Source: Candidatus Gastranaerophilales bacterium (lineage in GTDB: Bacteria > Cyanobacteriota > Vampirovibrionia > Gastranaerophilales > CALOAD01). Taken from it: 64,000 bases of DNA. The DNA lies in NCBI GenBank assembly GCA_942491415.1, contig CALOAD010000022.1, forward strand, positions 77,010 through 141,009, given 5' to 3'. Below the pieces are notes generated by a model that saw only the letters and a program-made list of their open reading frames with translations, was not told where the DNA came from and searched no databases. How positions within the stretch are numbered: position 1 is the first letter of the stretch; each line of letters opens with the position of its first letter. The position numbers and the translations under genes were made by a program. Positions 55,405 through 64,000 of the stretch are shown in pieces.

Positions 55405-56424
55405 ATGTCTAAAAAAAGTATAATGTCTGGGATGAGATCAACAGGAAAACTCCATTTAGGTCACTACATGGGTGTTTTAAGGAACTGGGTTAAATTTCAG
55501 GATGAGTTTGATTGCTTTTATATGATCGCCGATTGGCATGCCCTTACTACAAAATATGACGATACAAAAGAATTTAAACAACATATTAAAAATGTAGCAA
55601 TGGACTGGCTGGCATGTGGCATTGACCCTGGAAAATCAACCATATACCTTCAATCTTTAGTGCCTGAAATAGCGGAATTGCACCTTCTTTTAAGCATGGT
55701 AACTCCTCAAAACTGGGTGGAGCGTGATCCTACATTAAAAGATATGATTAAAATTTTAAGAAAAAACTCAGAAGACGAATCGCAAGATTTCTCAGGACTC
55801 GTCAGTTATGGTCTTATGGGCTATCCGGTTTTACAAAGTGCTGATATTCTTATTTTTAATGCATCTTACGTTCCGGTTGGTACTGATCAACTTGCACATA
55901 TTGAGATTACAAGAGATATAGCCAGAAGATTCAACCATATTTATAAAAAAGATGTATTTATCGAGCCTCAGCCTAAATTGACTGAAACACCTCTTTTAAA
56001 GGGTATAGATGGACAAAAAATGGGCAAATCCTTTAATAATGATATTAAAATTTCAGACTCTGAAGATGATACAACTAAAAAAATAATGCGAGCGATAACT
56101 GATCGTTCCAGAATCAAAAAAACCGATCCCGGACATCCTGATCAATGCGAAGTTGTATGTCCTTACTATGAAATATTTGCAGATGAAACAACTATTCAAG
56201 AACAAAAACACAAATGTGAAAATGCTCTTTGGGGTTGTGCAGATTGCAAAAGACAGTTAGCGGAAATAATCAATGAACGATTTAAAAATATAAGAACTAA
56301 AAGATTTGAACTTGAACAAAATGCTGATTATGTAGATAAAATCATAAAAGAAGGTAGCGAAAAAGCACGAGAAATTGCTTTTACCAACTTAAAAGCAGCA
56401 AAAGAAGCAATGAATCTTTATTAA
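55405..56424 (+). CDS. trpS: Tryptophan--tRNA ligase
   Basis: GKLHLGHY (HIGH) and KMGKS (KMSKS) motifs. 339 aa. Confidence 0.9.
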   Translation: MSKKSIMSGMRSTGKLHLGHYMGVLRNWVKFQDEFDCFYMIADWHALTTKYDDTKEFKQHIKNVAMDWLACGIDPGKSTIYLQSLVPEIAELHLLLSMVTPQNWVERDPTLKDMIKILRKNSEDESQDFSGLVSYGLMGYPVLQSADILIFNASYVPVGTDQLAHIEITRDIARRFNHIYKKDVFIEPQPKLTETPLLKGIDGQKMGKSFNNDIKISDSEDDTTKKIMRAITDRSRIKKTDPGHPDQCEVVCPYYEIFADETTIQEQKHKCENALWGCADCKRQLAEIINERFKNIRTKRFELEQNADYVDKIIKEGSEKAREIAFTNLKAAKEAMNLY

Positions 56425-56440
56425 AGAATTTGCTAAAAAA

Positions 56441-57523
56441 CTATGCTGATTTTGCAGATTTTGAAACAGATGAAACTTCAATATCAGCTGCATTTATATA
56501 AGGATTAGCTTCTAGAAATTCTTTTTTATGCGCTCTATTGTTTAATTCTTTATACACTGTTTTAGAAACAGTCGGTATCCATTTTTGAATTCTTTCGGAT
56601 ATTTTATTAAAACCTTCTAATTGTTTATTTATATTATCTAAAAGGTTTGTTTTTGAAATACGGATTGTTTTATCGCCTTGTTTTATAACGCCCGTTTTAA
56701 GCTCATTTACAAACTCGGAAAAACTTTTGTTCTTTCTAAATTCACTATATTTTTTATCCACCAATACAGTATTTTCAGCAATATTTCCTTCTTGTGAATT
56801 AATAGAAATGGAGCTTACCTCGGACTTCATTTCTTCATTTTCAATCAACGTCTCGCCCGAACACGCACATGAAATAGCCGCTGTATTATCTTCAGCGATT
56901 GTTTTTAAAACTGTAAATTCAGGTTCGTTAGGATTTGTTTTTGTAGTTTGAGACTTCGTTTCATTCTTGTTTAAAACTTTTAATGCTCCTACTAAAAATT
57001 TATTTTTACTTAAAAACTCTGCTTTTTGAGTCGAATTCAACTCATTGTAGACATTTAAAGATATTTTTTTGATCACACCTTTTATTTTCTTGGCAACTTT
57101 ATCATAAGCAACTAACTGTTTGACCATATTTTTAACAGGATCAATACCCTGCTTCCTGCTTATTTGAATGTATTTAGAAAGAGATTTACTGCTTCTTTGT
57201 CCATTAGCATCGGTATCCACAACCAATAAATTATCAAGAGTATTTTCACCTCCCAGATTAAATGGTTTTAAATGTTCATAAGAAGGTTTAAATGTTCTGC
57301 CAAAAAGTTTACCAATGTAAGCACATGGAATTTTAGCACTTTTATCAAAAGCAATAGACCTTACAAATTTATCAGGATAATCTCTTTTTTTAGATACTTT
57401 AGGAGTATTTTTTGCATTGCTTAATTTAGCTAGTTTTCGCTCAGCTTTTTTCTTTTGCTCTCTAGCTTTTTTTTGTTCTATATTTTTATTTGATAAACTT
57501 GCAGTAAAATTAATTAAATTCAT
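56441..57523 (-). CDS. Leader-tagged HNH-like protein, fused two-module paralogue (module A active-looking, module B degenerate)
   Basis: The N-terminal half aligns with the 168-aa ORF at 58953-59459 (IPCAYIG...YEHLKPFNLGGENTLDNLLVV). The C-terminal half aligns with 58219-58896 (TIRISKTNLLDNINKQLEGFNKISERIQKWIPTVSKTVYKEL). Confidence 0.6.
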   Translation of the reverse strand: MNLINFTASLSNKNIEQKKAREQKKKAERKLAKLSNAKNTPKVSKKRDYPDKFVRSIAFDKSAKIPCAYIGKLFGRTFKPSYEHLKPFNLGGENTLDNLLVVDTDANGQRSSKSLSKYIQISRKQGIDPVKNMVKQLVAYDKVAKKIKGVIKKISLNVYNELNSTQKAEFLSKNKFLVGALKVLNKNETKSQTTKTNPNEPEFTVLKTIAEDNTAAISCACSGETLIENEEMKSEVSSISINSQEGNIAENTVLVDKKYSEFRKNKSFSEFVNELKTGVIKQGDKTIRISKTNLLDNINKQLEGFNKISERIQKWIPTVSKTVYKELNNRAHKKEFLEANPYINAADIEVSSVSKSAKSA

Positions 57524-57777
57524 TTTTTTTCTTTTAGATGTCTACTTTTATATAAACAATTTTTTTACTTTAAAATTGCTTAAAATAAAGAAATTATTAC
57601 TGAAAATTGATGATGGTTGTAATAATACCTATGGGTCGTATAAAAAGTATTATGTAAAAAAAGGTTACTCTCTCCGAGGGGGAACTTTTTGTGTAAAAAG
57701 TTCCATAAAAACCTGCCTCCGTAAAACTTTTCTATTTTACTAAACTTCGTTAAATTAAAGCATAATAATCTAAAAAT

Positions 57778-57986
57778 GCTGCATAACTCGCTATCGCTCA
57801 AACAATGCAGCTTGCTTTTAATTTGCCCACTCCATTAAGTAAAAAATGAAAAGATTTAAAGTCGGCAATTCTTAAATTTAGAAATAGAAAAATACCCGAC
57901 CATTAGTTATTTTTGTAAGTTTTAAAGCGAAACGTAAAAAATAAAGGATGCTTGCTGTGTTTGAACGAAGTGAGTTAGCAAGCAGG
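57778..57986. repeat. Imperfect ~37-nt inverted repeat pair flanking ~135 nt, inside a 0.7-kb ORF-free spacer
   Basis: Arms at 57778-57815 and 57950-57986. About 27 positions can pair, including TAACTCGCT/AGTGAGTTA and TCAAACA/TGTTTGA. Confidence 0.4.
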
Positions 57987-58218
57987 TTTTGAAAAGAAAA
58001 TAAAGATCAAGAGAAGCGTATAAAACAAGAAAATAAATTTGTGTCGAAGTTTTTTGGGTACTTTTTTCAAAAAAAGTACCTCCTACCGAAGGTAAAACCC
58101 AAGCTTTTTACATAATACTTTTTATCAGGCATTATAATAACTTAAGAACAAATTTCTAACAAAAGAAAAAGGATGAGAAGTCTCATCCTAAATGCAAGTA
58201 CAAAAATATTTTTAGCTT

Positions 58219-58896
58219 TTACGCTATAAGCTCAACTTTTTTCTTAGAATTTGCAACATCAGCTGCTTTTAAATAAGGATTGGCTTCTAAGAATTCTTCT
58301 TTATGTGTTTTATCATTTAGCTCTCTATATACTGTTTTAGAAACAGTTGGAATCCATTTTTTGATTTTTTCAGCAATTTGATTAAAATCTTCTAATTGCT
58401 TATTTATATTATCTAAAAGATTTGTTTTTTGAACACGAATTGTTTCATCACCTTTTTTTACGATACCGTCTTTAAGCTCACTTACAAAAGTTGAAAGATC
58501 TTTATCTCCCCTTAAAGCAGCATGTCTTCTATTGGCTAATAAAAGATTATCAGCATCTTTTGTTCCACCCATATCAAAAGGTTTAATAGGAACATATATA
58601 GGTTTTTCAGCTCTAGCTCCGGAATAAGCACAAGCTACATTTGTTTTGCTATCTTCTGCAATTGTTCTAAAAACAGTATATGAAGTGTTTGCAGATTTTA
58701 CATTTTTATCTAATTCATTTATAAAAACTTGTTCAGAAGCAATTTTTTGGACTTGCTCTGCATTTTTTTGATTTTGAGAAGCTTTACCTGCTTTTGTAAA
58801 TTCTTTTCTTTTTTGACCTTGATTTACTTTATTCTTGCCTTTTCTTCCAAAAGAGCAAATATTATTTGAATATGTTGATATTGCTGATATGTTCAT
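58219..58896 (-). CDS. Leader-tagged HNH-like protein, module-B paralogue with the catalytic His replaced
   Basis: VACAYSG...IYVPIKPFDMGG...DNLLLANRRHAALRG, with Pro where the paralogues have the His of YEH. The start is set to the second ATG (MNISAISTYSNNICSFGRKGK). Confidence 0.6.
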   Translation of the reverse strand: MNISAISTYSNNICSFGRKGKNKVNQGQKRKEFTKAGKASQNQKNAEQVQKIASEQVFINELDKNVKSANTSYTVFRTIAEDSKTNVACAYSGARAEKPIYVPIKPFDMGGTKDADNLLLANRRHAALRGDKDLSTFVSELKDGIVKKGDETIRVQKTNLLDNINKQLEDFNQIAEKIKKWIPTVSKTVYRELNDKTHKEEFLEANPYLKAADVANSKKKVELIA

Positions 58897-58952
58897 TTTA
58901 TATTCCATCCAATTTTTGTACCGACATTAACAAGATTTTTTATTTTTGTCTT

Positions 58953-59459
58953 TTAACTACCGTTAACTACCTTATTAATATCTACATTCACAACATCTTG
59001 CTCTGATATAAATTTGTTTCCGTTCAGAAATTCAGTTTTTTGATTAGGATCTTTTAGTTCGTTGTATACATTTACAGACATTTTTTTAATCATATTTTTC
59101 ATTTTATCAGCCAGTTGATCATAAGCTATTAATTGCTTAACCATGCATTTAATAGGATCAATTTTGTTTTTTTGTCTTGTATTATTAACATAAAAAGAAA
59201 GCGGATCATTACTTCTGTTGCTATTTGCTTTAGATTCAACAACCAATAAGTTTTCTAATCCATTTACTCCACCTTGGCTAAAAGGTTTTATATGCTCATA
59301 AGAAGGGGTTAAACCCTTTGCAAAATCGCAACCTACATAAGCACAAGGAATGTGAGCACTTTGATCCCGAGCAACTTTTCTTACAAAAGTATCAGGATAA
59401 TTTCTTTTTCTTTTTCCAAAAGAGACTAAATTGTTTGAACTGACTGAATTTACTATCAT
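58953..59459 (-). CDS. Leader-tagged HNH-like protein, module-A paralogue
   Basis: MIVNSVSSNNLVSFGKRKRN...IPCAYVGCDF...YEHIKPFSQGGVNGLENLLVVESKANSNRSNDPLSFY. Confidence 0.6.
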   Translation of the reverse strand: MIVNSVSSNNLVSFGKRKRNYPDTFVRKVARDQSAHIPCAYVGCDFAKGLTPSYEHIKPFSQGGVNGLENLLVVESKANSNRSNDPLSFYVNNTRQKNKIDPIKCMVKQLIAYDQLADKMKNMIKKMSVNVYNELKDPNQKTEFLNGNKFISEQDVVNVDINKVVNGS

Positions 59460-59652
59460 CTTATTATTACCATATGAGACCTATCTTACTTTCGCATTAA
59501 CAACTAAACAAAAAAAAAATTTGACAGTGTAAATTCAAATTGTTAATAAAAAGAAACAATTCAAAAGTTATTAAGGAAACGAAAAACCCTCCCGGTAAGG
59601 CTTTTCGGTTTTTTTACCGTGTTAAACTTTCTAAAATTGGATGAAAAATACG

Positions 59653-60612
59653 CTAAAAATCAATTAAAACTTTCATGGTATTTTTTTCTATGCTTTTTTG
59701 AAAAGCCTCTAATGCCTTTTCAAAAGGATAAATAGCTGCTATTAAAGAATTTAAGTTGAAATATTTTTTCTCAATTAGTTCTAAAGCCGGCTTAAACTGA
59801 CCGCAACGAGATCCTACAATGGTTATTTCATCCACAACCACAGATGTTAAATTCAAAGGTTTTTCTGAAACAATAGTACTTTTTAAAACGACGCATCCTC
59901 TGGGTTTTACCAAACTTATAGCAGTTTCAAAACCGCTCACTGAACCTGTTGCATCCACTACAAAATCAAAATATTTGCTTTCATTAACTTTATCAAGTAA
60001 TTTGGTTTTAATTTTCTTATCTTGAGCATGCTTCAATTTTTCGGCATGCTTTCCTATCAAAACTAAATCTGCCGATGTCATGCTCAAAACATAAGATATT
60101 AAAATGCCAAGCTTACCATCTCCTAAAACCGCCACTTTATCACCGGGTTTTATATGTATTTGCTCAAGAATTTCCATTGCAGCAGCAAAAGGCTCTGTAA
60201 GTACCGCTGTTTTATCATCAATACTATCAGGCACTTCAAAAAGATTTTTAATTGGCAGTGTAAGATATTCAGCCATGCATCCATTTTTATTAAAAATACC
60301 TAAAGTATTTCTATTAGGACAATGTCGCTGCATGTTCTTTGCACAAAAATCACAATCTCCACAACCACAATTTATTTCGCCAACAACCCTTTTATTTAAT
60401 AATAATTGATCATTATCGTTTATTTCTTCTACAATTCCAACAAACTCATGCCCCAAAATTCCGGAAAACCCCATGTAACCTTTTATAATTTCATTATCAG
60501 TATTACAAATACCTGCTATATTTATTTTTATGAGAGCTTCTCCTTTTTGAGGAATAGGCTTAGGCATATCTTTAACTATTTTAAGTTCTTTATCAAATAT
60601 AACTGCTTTCAT
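59653..60612 (-). CDS. Zinc-dependent medium-chain dehydrogenase/reductase
   Basis: GHEFVGIV, structural-zinc Cys cluster CGCGDCDFC and VLGDGKLG dinucleotide fold. Confidence 0.8.
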   Translation of the reverse strand: MKAVIFDKELKIVKDMPKPIPQKGEALIKINIAGICNTDNEIIKGYMGFSGILGHEFVGIVEEINDNDQLLLNKRVVGEINCGCGDCDFCAKNMQRHCPNRNTLGIFNKNGCMAEYLTLPIKNLFEVPDSIDDKTAVLTEPFAAAMEILEQIHIKPGDKVAVLGDGKLGILISYVLSMTSADLVLIGKHAEKLKHAQDKKIKTKLLDKVNESKYFDFVVDATGSVSGFETAISLVKPRGCVVLKSTIVSEKPLNLTSVVVDEITIVGSRCGQFKPALELIEKKYFNLNSLIAAIYPFEKALEAFQKSIEKNTMKVLIDF

Positions 60613-60614
60613 TT

Positions 60615-61313
60615 TTAAACCTTTGCTATTTGTTGGGCTATTGCTCCAAAAATATAATCATAATTCTTTATATCATTAAACCCAAGCTCATTAAAGATCT
60701 GAATAAGTTCTTTTTGAGAAGGAAAAGTCTTTGCTGATTCACTAAGATATTTATAAGGCATTATTTTTCCATGGAAAATCTTACCTAAAAAAGGCATCAA
60801 AACATTAAAAAAAAGATAAAATAACGGCATTAAATTAATATTAGCTACTTTACCCGTGTCTAAATTAACTACATATCCATCTTTTTTAGTAACCCTTTTC
60901 ATTTCAAGCAACCCTTTTTTAATGTCATCAAGATTTCTTAAACCAAAACTTATTACACTTATATCAAAAAAGTCGTCATCAAAAGGCATGTCAAGAGCAT
61001 CAGCAGACAAAACTTTTATATTGTTATATTTTTGAGTTTTTTCTCGTGCTATTTTTAACATCTCATCCGAAAAATCTACACAGAAAATCTCACTATCAGG
61101 GAATTTTTTAGACATTATAATCCCTATATCTGCTGTACCACAACAAAGATCAAGTATTTTAGAAGGCATTTTCAAGGGTATTTCTTCAATAGAATTTTTT
61201 TTAACTTTTTTATGCAATCCTAAAGATATAATAGTGTTCAATTTGTCATAGTTTTTAGCTATGGAATCAAATAAATTTTTAATATTTACTTCTTTTTTTG
61301 TATTTTTATTCAT
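60615..61313 (-). CDS. ubiE: Demethylmenaquinone/ubiquinone C-methyltransferase
   Basis: FDSIAKNYDKLN...LDLCCGTADIG...FGLRN. Confidence 0.8.
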   Translation of the reverse strand: MNKNTKKEVNIKNLFDSIAKNYDKLNTIISLGLHKKVKKNSIEEIPLKMPSKILDLCCGTADIGIIMSKKFPDSEIFCVDFSDEMLKIAREKTQKYNNIKVLSADALDMPFDDDFFDISVISFGLRNLDDIKKGLLEMKRVTKKDGYVVNLDTGKVANINLMPLFYLFFNVLMPFLGKIFHGKIMPYKYLSESAKTFPSQKELIQIFNELGFNDIKNYDYIFGAIAQQIAKV

Positions 61314-61376
61314 CTTATATATATTATATATGGAATTCTTTATAAACTATGTAATAATAATAAATATATTATAAAG

Positions 61377-61790
61377 GAAGTAAGCAAGGTGATCGCGGAT
61401 AAATAAATTAAATTTGTTTATCTGAGGAAAGTCCGGGCTCCGAAGGGCAGACCGCCGGATAACGTCCGGTGCAGGTGACTGTGAGGATAGGGCCACAGAA
61501 ATGTAGACAGCCTATGTTAAAAGTGAAAATAAAGGACTTGTCCGCACTTATTTTTACACCAAAACTTTTAGCAGGCAAAGGTGCAACGGTGGTGGGTGAA
61601 AACCCTTAATGTAAGAGACCACCGACAACATCGAGAGGTGTTGGTCAGGTAACCCCCGGTTCGGTGCAAGGTTAAAATTGGGAGCTAAGACTGCCCGTCA
61701 TTCCCAAAACATACCGCTAGAGGTGTTTGGCAACAAACATCCCAGACAGATGATCACTTAATACAGAACCCGGCTTATTGCTTACTTTCT
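61377..61790 (+). ncRNA. rnpB: RNase P RNA, bacterial type A
   Basis: GAGGAAAGTCCGGGCTCC (5' half of P4) and ACAGAACCCGGCTTA (3' half of P4). The terminal P1 pairs AAGTAAGCAA with TTGCTTACTT. Confidence 0.9.
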
Positions 61791-61952
61791 TTATATTTAT
61801 TAAATTAAAGTCTATAATTTTAATTATACCGATATCAAAATATAATCAAGAAAATAAAATAATTTTGCAAGCCGGTATGCGTAAGCAGAGAGCCATGTTT
61901 TCAGAAAATGCGTGTAGGATTTTCCTGGAAACTAAATTATTTAAGTATAATT

Positions 61953-62315
61953 ATGATAGCTGGAAAACAAATAGATAAATTTGAAGTAGGAACCGTATGC
62001 AACTTTGTAGGCTTGGCTTTTTTAACTGTGTTGCCTGCGATTAATCATAGTGTAAGTGTTTTTTTAAACCCTATCGTATACAAAATTTTTGCACTCATTT
62101 TTTTATTTTCAACAGGAATTTTATATTATTTTTCACCTAAATATCTGAATTTTCAAATGATTGTAATAGCTTTAGATTTTCTAATTTTTGGACTTTTCCA
62201 ATTGTTTTTCGCCCCTTCTTTAATAATATATTTTTGTTTATCTAATGTAGTATCTTGTTTTTTAGGATTAAGCCTAGTTTTTTACACTCTTTTTAATTTT
62301 ATTGTTAAAAAATAA
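61953..62315 (+). CDS. Hypothetical small membrane protein
   Basis: About 4 hydrophobic helices. Start chosen at internal ATG 61953; the ORF-track start is 61908. Confidence 0.35.
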   Translation: MIAGKQIDKFEVGTVCNFVGLAFLTVLPAINHSVSVFLNPIVYKIFALIFLFSTGILYYFSPKYLNFQMIVIALDFLIFGLFQLFFAPSLIIYFCLSNVVSCFLGLSLVFYTLFNFIVKK

Positions 62316-62703
62316 ATGTTAAAAACTAACTTTTTGTTTAAGTTTTGTTAATGTTTTACCGGTTTCTTTTTTTGTAAAATAATAAATAACATAGTCAACT
62401 ATATGTTAACTACATATAGCGGTTGATTAAAAATAAAAATTTTTAAATTTTTTTTAAAGCCTTTTTTTATTTATCTCAATAAACCATGTTATAAAAGCAT
62501 TAAAAACCTATACAACAGACTGTTTATTACCCACTTTACTAATAGATCCTTGCTGGAAAAAGCTTTTACCTATCCACTACATCTAGCGTATCCTATCTAT
62601 ATGTTTTTTAAGGTTTTAAAAACAAAATAGAGTATTATTTTTCAGCTTTTAAGAAATTCTTATCCTAGTAACTAGTAACCTGGGCTATTTTTGCGAAAAA
62701 GTA

Positions 62704-62731
62704 TTGCGTAAAATATTAAAAGGAGTATAAT
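62704..62731 (+). promoter_or_regulatory. Candidate sigma-70 promoter of hup
   Basis: TTGCGT, 16-nt spacer, TATAAT. About 28 nt upstream of the AAGGAGG RBS/ATG at 62760. Confidence 0.4.
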
Positions 62732-62759
62732 TGAAAATGTTTAGAAAAGGAGGTTCTTT

Positions 62760-63035
62760 ATGAACAAAGAAGAATTAGTAAAAGAGATTGCAAAAAAAGC
62801 TAAAGTTTCCCAAAAACAAGCAGCGGAAATTCTTACAATTACTTTAGATGTTGTTCAAAAGACAGTTTCAAAAGGTAAAAAAGTTACTCTAGTAGGTTTT
62901 GGAACTTTTGAATCACGCAAAAGAGCAGCTAGAACTGGTAGAAACCCACAAACTGGTAAAGAAATTAAAATTCCAGCTAAAACAGTTCCAGCATTTTCTG
63001 CAGGTAAAAAATTCAAAGAAGCTGTTGCTAAGTAG
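62760..63035 (+). CDS. hup: DNA-binding protein HU
   Basis: MNKEELV...GFGTFESRKRAARTGRNPQTGKEIKIPA. Confidence 0.9.
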   Translation: MNKEELVKEIAKKAKVSQKQAAEILTITLDVVQKTVSKGKKVTLVGFGTFESRKRAARTGRNPQTGKEIKIPAKTVPAFSAGKKFKEAVAK

Positions 63036-63054
63036 TTTTTGAGAATATTATTAT

Positions 63055-63088
63055 AAAAAGCTCGTTGTTAATACAACGAGCTTTTTGT
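63055..63088 (+). terminator. Rho-independent terminator of hup
   Basis: AAAAGCTCGTTGT-TAAT-ACAACGAGCTTTTTG. Confidence 0.6.
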
Positions 63089-63227
63089 TTTACTTCAAAT
63101 TATTATTTTAAACGTATAGTTTTGCTACAAATTTGGCAGAGAATGCTTGTGCATGCTAAAATATTGTCATAGAAGTATTCTTAAACATTTATAAATAATA
63201 GCTTTAAAGTCTATGAAAGGATAAAAA

Positions 63228-64000
63228 GTGAGTCAACAAAACTTTTTTGAAGATCAAAAAATTGTTCCTATAAATATTAGGGATGAAATGAAACGATCCT
63301 ATATAGATTACGCAATGTCAGTAATTGTAGGAAGAGCATTACCAGATGTTCGTGACGGTTTAAAACCTGTGCATAGACGAATTTTATTCGCAATGAACGA
63401 ACTTGGAATGTACTCGGACAAACCATTTAAAAAATGCGCCCGTATTGTCGGGGAAGTCTTAGGTAAGTATCATCCTCACGGTGATTCAGCCGTTTATGAT
63501 TCTCTTGTTAGAATGGCACAAGACTTTTCTACAAGGTATCAGACTATTGATGGACACGGAAACTTTGGTAGTGTTGATGGCGATTCAGCTGCGGCAATGA
63601 GGTACACCGAAGCTCGTATGGCTCCTATCACAGGAACTATGCTTGCCGACATCGATTCTGAAACTGTTAGCTTCACTCCTAACTTTGACGGTAGCTTAGA
63701 AGAACCTTCAGTTCTTCCTGTAAGACTTCCTATGTTACTTTTAAACGGAGTTAGTGGTATTGCCGTTGGTATGGCTACAAACATACCTCCTCATAATTCT
63801 TCTGAAGTAATTGACGGAACAATCGCTCTTATAGATAATCCTGACATTACTATTCCTGAAATAATGCAGCATGTTAAAGGTCCTGATTTCCCAACTGCCG
63901 CAACTATATTAGGAATGAGCGGAATAAAACAAGCCTACGAGACAGGTCGTGGCAGCGTTATAATGAGAGCTGTAACAACTTTTGAAGAAATAAACGGAGG
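63228..64000 (+). CDS. gyrA: DNA gyrase subunit A (3' end outside window; absent from ORF track)
   Basis: GTG start after AAGGA. Manual translation gives [56 protein letters not shown]...[10 protein letters not shown]. Open to the window edge. Confidence 0.9.
   Translation, partial: MSQQNFFEDQKIVPINIRDEMKRSYIDYAMSVIVGRALPDVRDGLKPVHRRILFAMNELGMYSDKPFKKCARIVGEVLGKYHPHGDSAVYDSLVRMAQDFSTRYQTIDGHGNFGSVDGDSAAAMRYTEARMAPITGTMLADIDSETVSFTPNFDGSLEEPSVLPVRLPMLLLNGVSGIAVGMATNIPPHNSSEVIDGTIALIDNPDITIPEIMQHVKGPDFPTAATILGMSGIKQAYETGRGSVIMRAVTTFEEING

Noticed and set aside
35766-59459. CRISPR-Cas locus, considered because of the Cas9-like HNH motifs
   Set aside because: The window has no direct-repeat/spacer array, no RuvC-like domain fused to the HNH modules, and no cas1/cas2. 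The proteins are stand-alone HNH-like domains.
1-64000. Prophage, transposon or integrative-element boundaries around the accessory loci
   Set aside because: No integrase, transposase, tRNA attachment site or long terminal repeats were seen. The accessory genes appear interspersed among housekeeping genes.

Overview
AT-rich (about one-third G+C by eye) chromosomal segment from a flagellated bacterium with a two-membrane-type envelope. It is probably an anaerobe, since it carries rubredoxin, small ferredoxins and a four-subunit 2-oxoacid:ferredoxin oxidoreductase. Lineage cannot be assigned without a database search; a Melainabacteria-like or other uncultured lineage is only a guess.

Layout:
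- 1-11.2 kb: exopolysaccharide locus (glycosyltransferases, Wza-like, Wzc-like, Wzy-like and priming transferase) with an exosortase/EpsI pair and a PEP-CTERM substrate.
- 11.7-20.2 kb: mixed small redox proteins, smpB-metF, a YvyF-like flagellar protein, a pilin-like protein, transporters and a class-3 lipase.
- 20.2-25.9 kb: flagellar export-gate operon (FliN-like, fliO, fliP, fliQ, an inserted ORF, fliR), preceded by a very low-complexity protein.
- 26-35.6 kb: housekeeping and accessory enzymes plus outer-membrane proteins.
- 35.8-40.4 kb: a convergent HNH / PLD-exonuclease locus.
- 40.7-48.6 kb: rny-ymdB-PHP, rpoD and the kor-type operon.
- 48.8-50.7 kb: an RTX/GDPH protein, an 0.8 kb ORF-free repeat region and a Gly/Ala/Lys-rich protein.
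- 50.8-56.4 kb: hemW, a SIS protein, a two-component pair and trpS.
- 56.4-59.5 kb: three tandem HNH paralogues.
- 59.6-64 kb: dehydrogenase, ubiE/menG, RNase P RNA, hup and gyrA (3' end outside the window).

Main lead: at least seven ORFs with unrelated hydrolytic domains (four Cas9-type-HNH-like proteins, a DEDDh exonuclease, a two-HKD PLD, and a 142-aa protein of unknown domain; a class-3 lipase matches weakly) start with the same short Asn/Ser-rich, acid-free leader. The leader ends in NN-x-[SA]-F-x-G-[KR] and is followed by a Lys/Arg patch. None has a Sec signal. I read this as a candidate shared export or targeting tag for a nuclease/lipase arsenal, possibly using the flagellar-type export gate encoded in the same window. 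This is a hypothesis only.

No CRISPR array, transposase, integrase or tRNA was seen. All family calls come from motifs recognised by eye; no searches were run.
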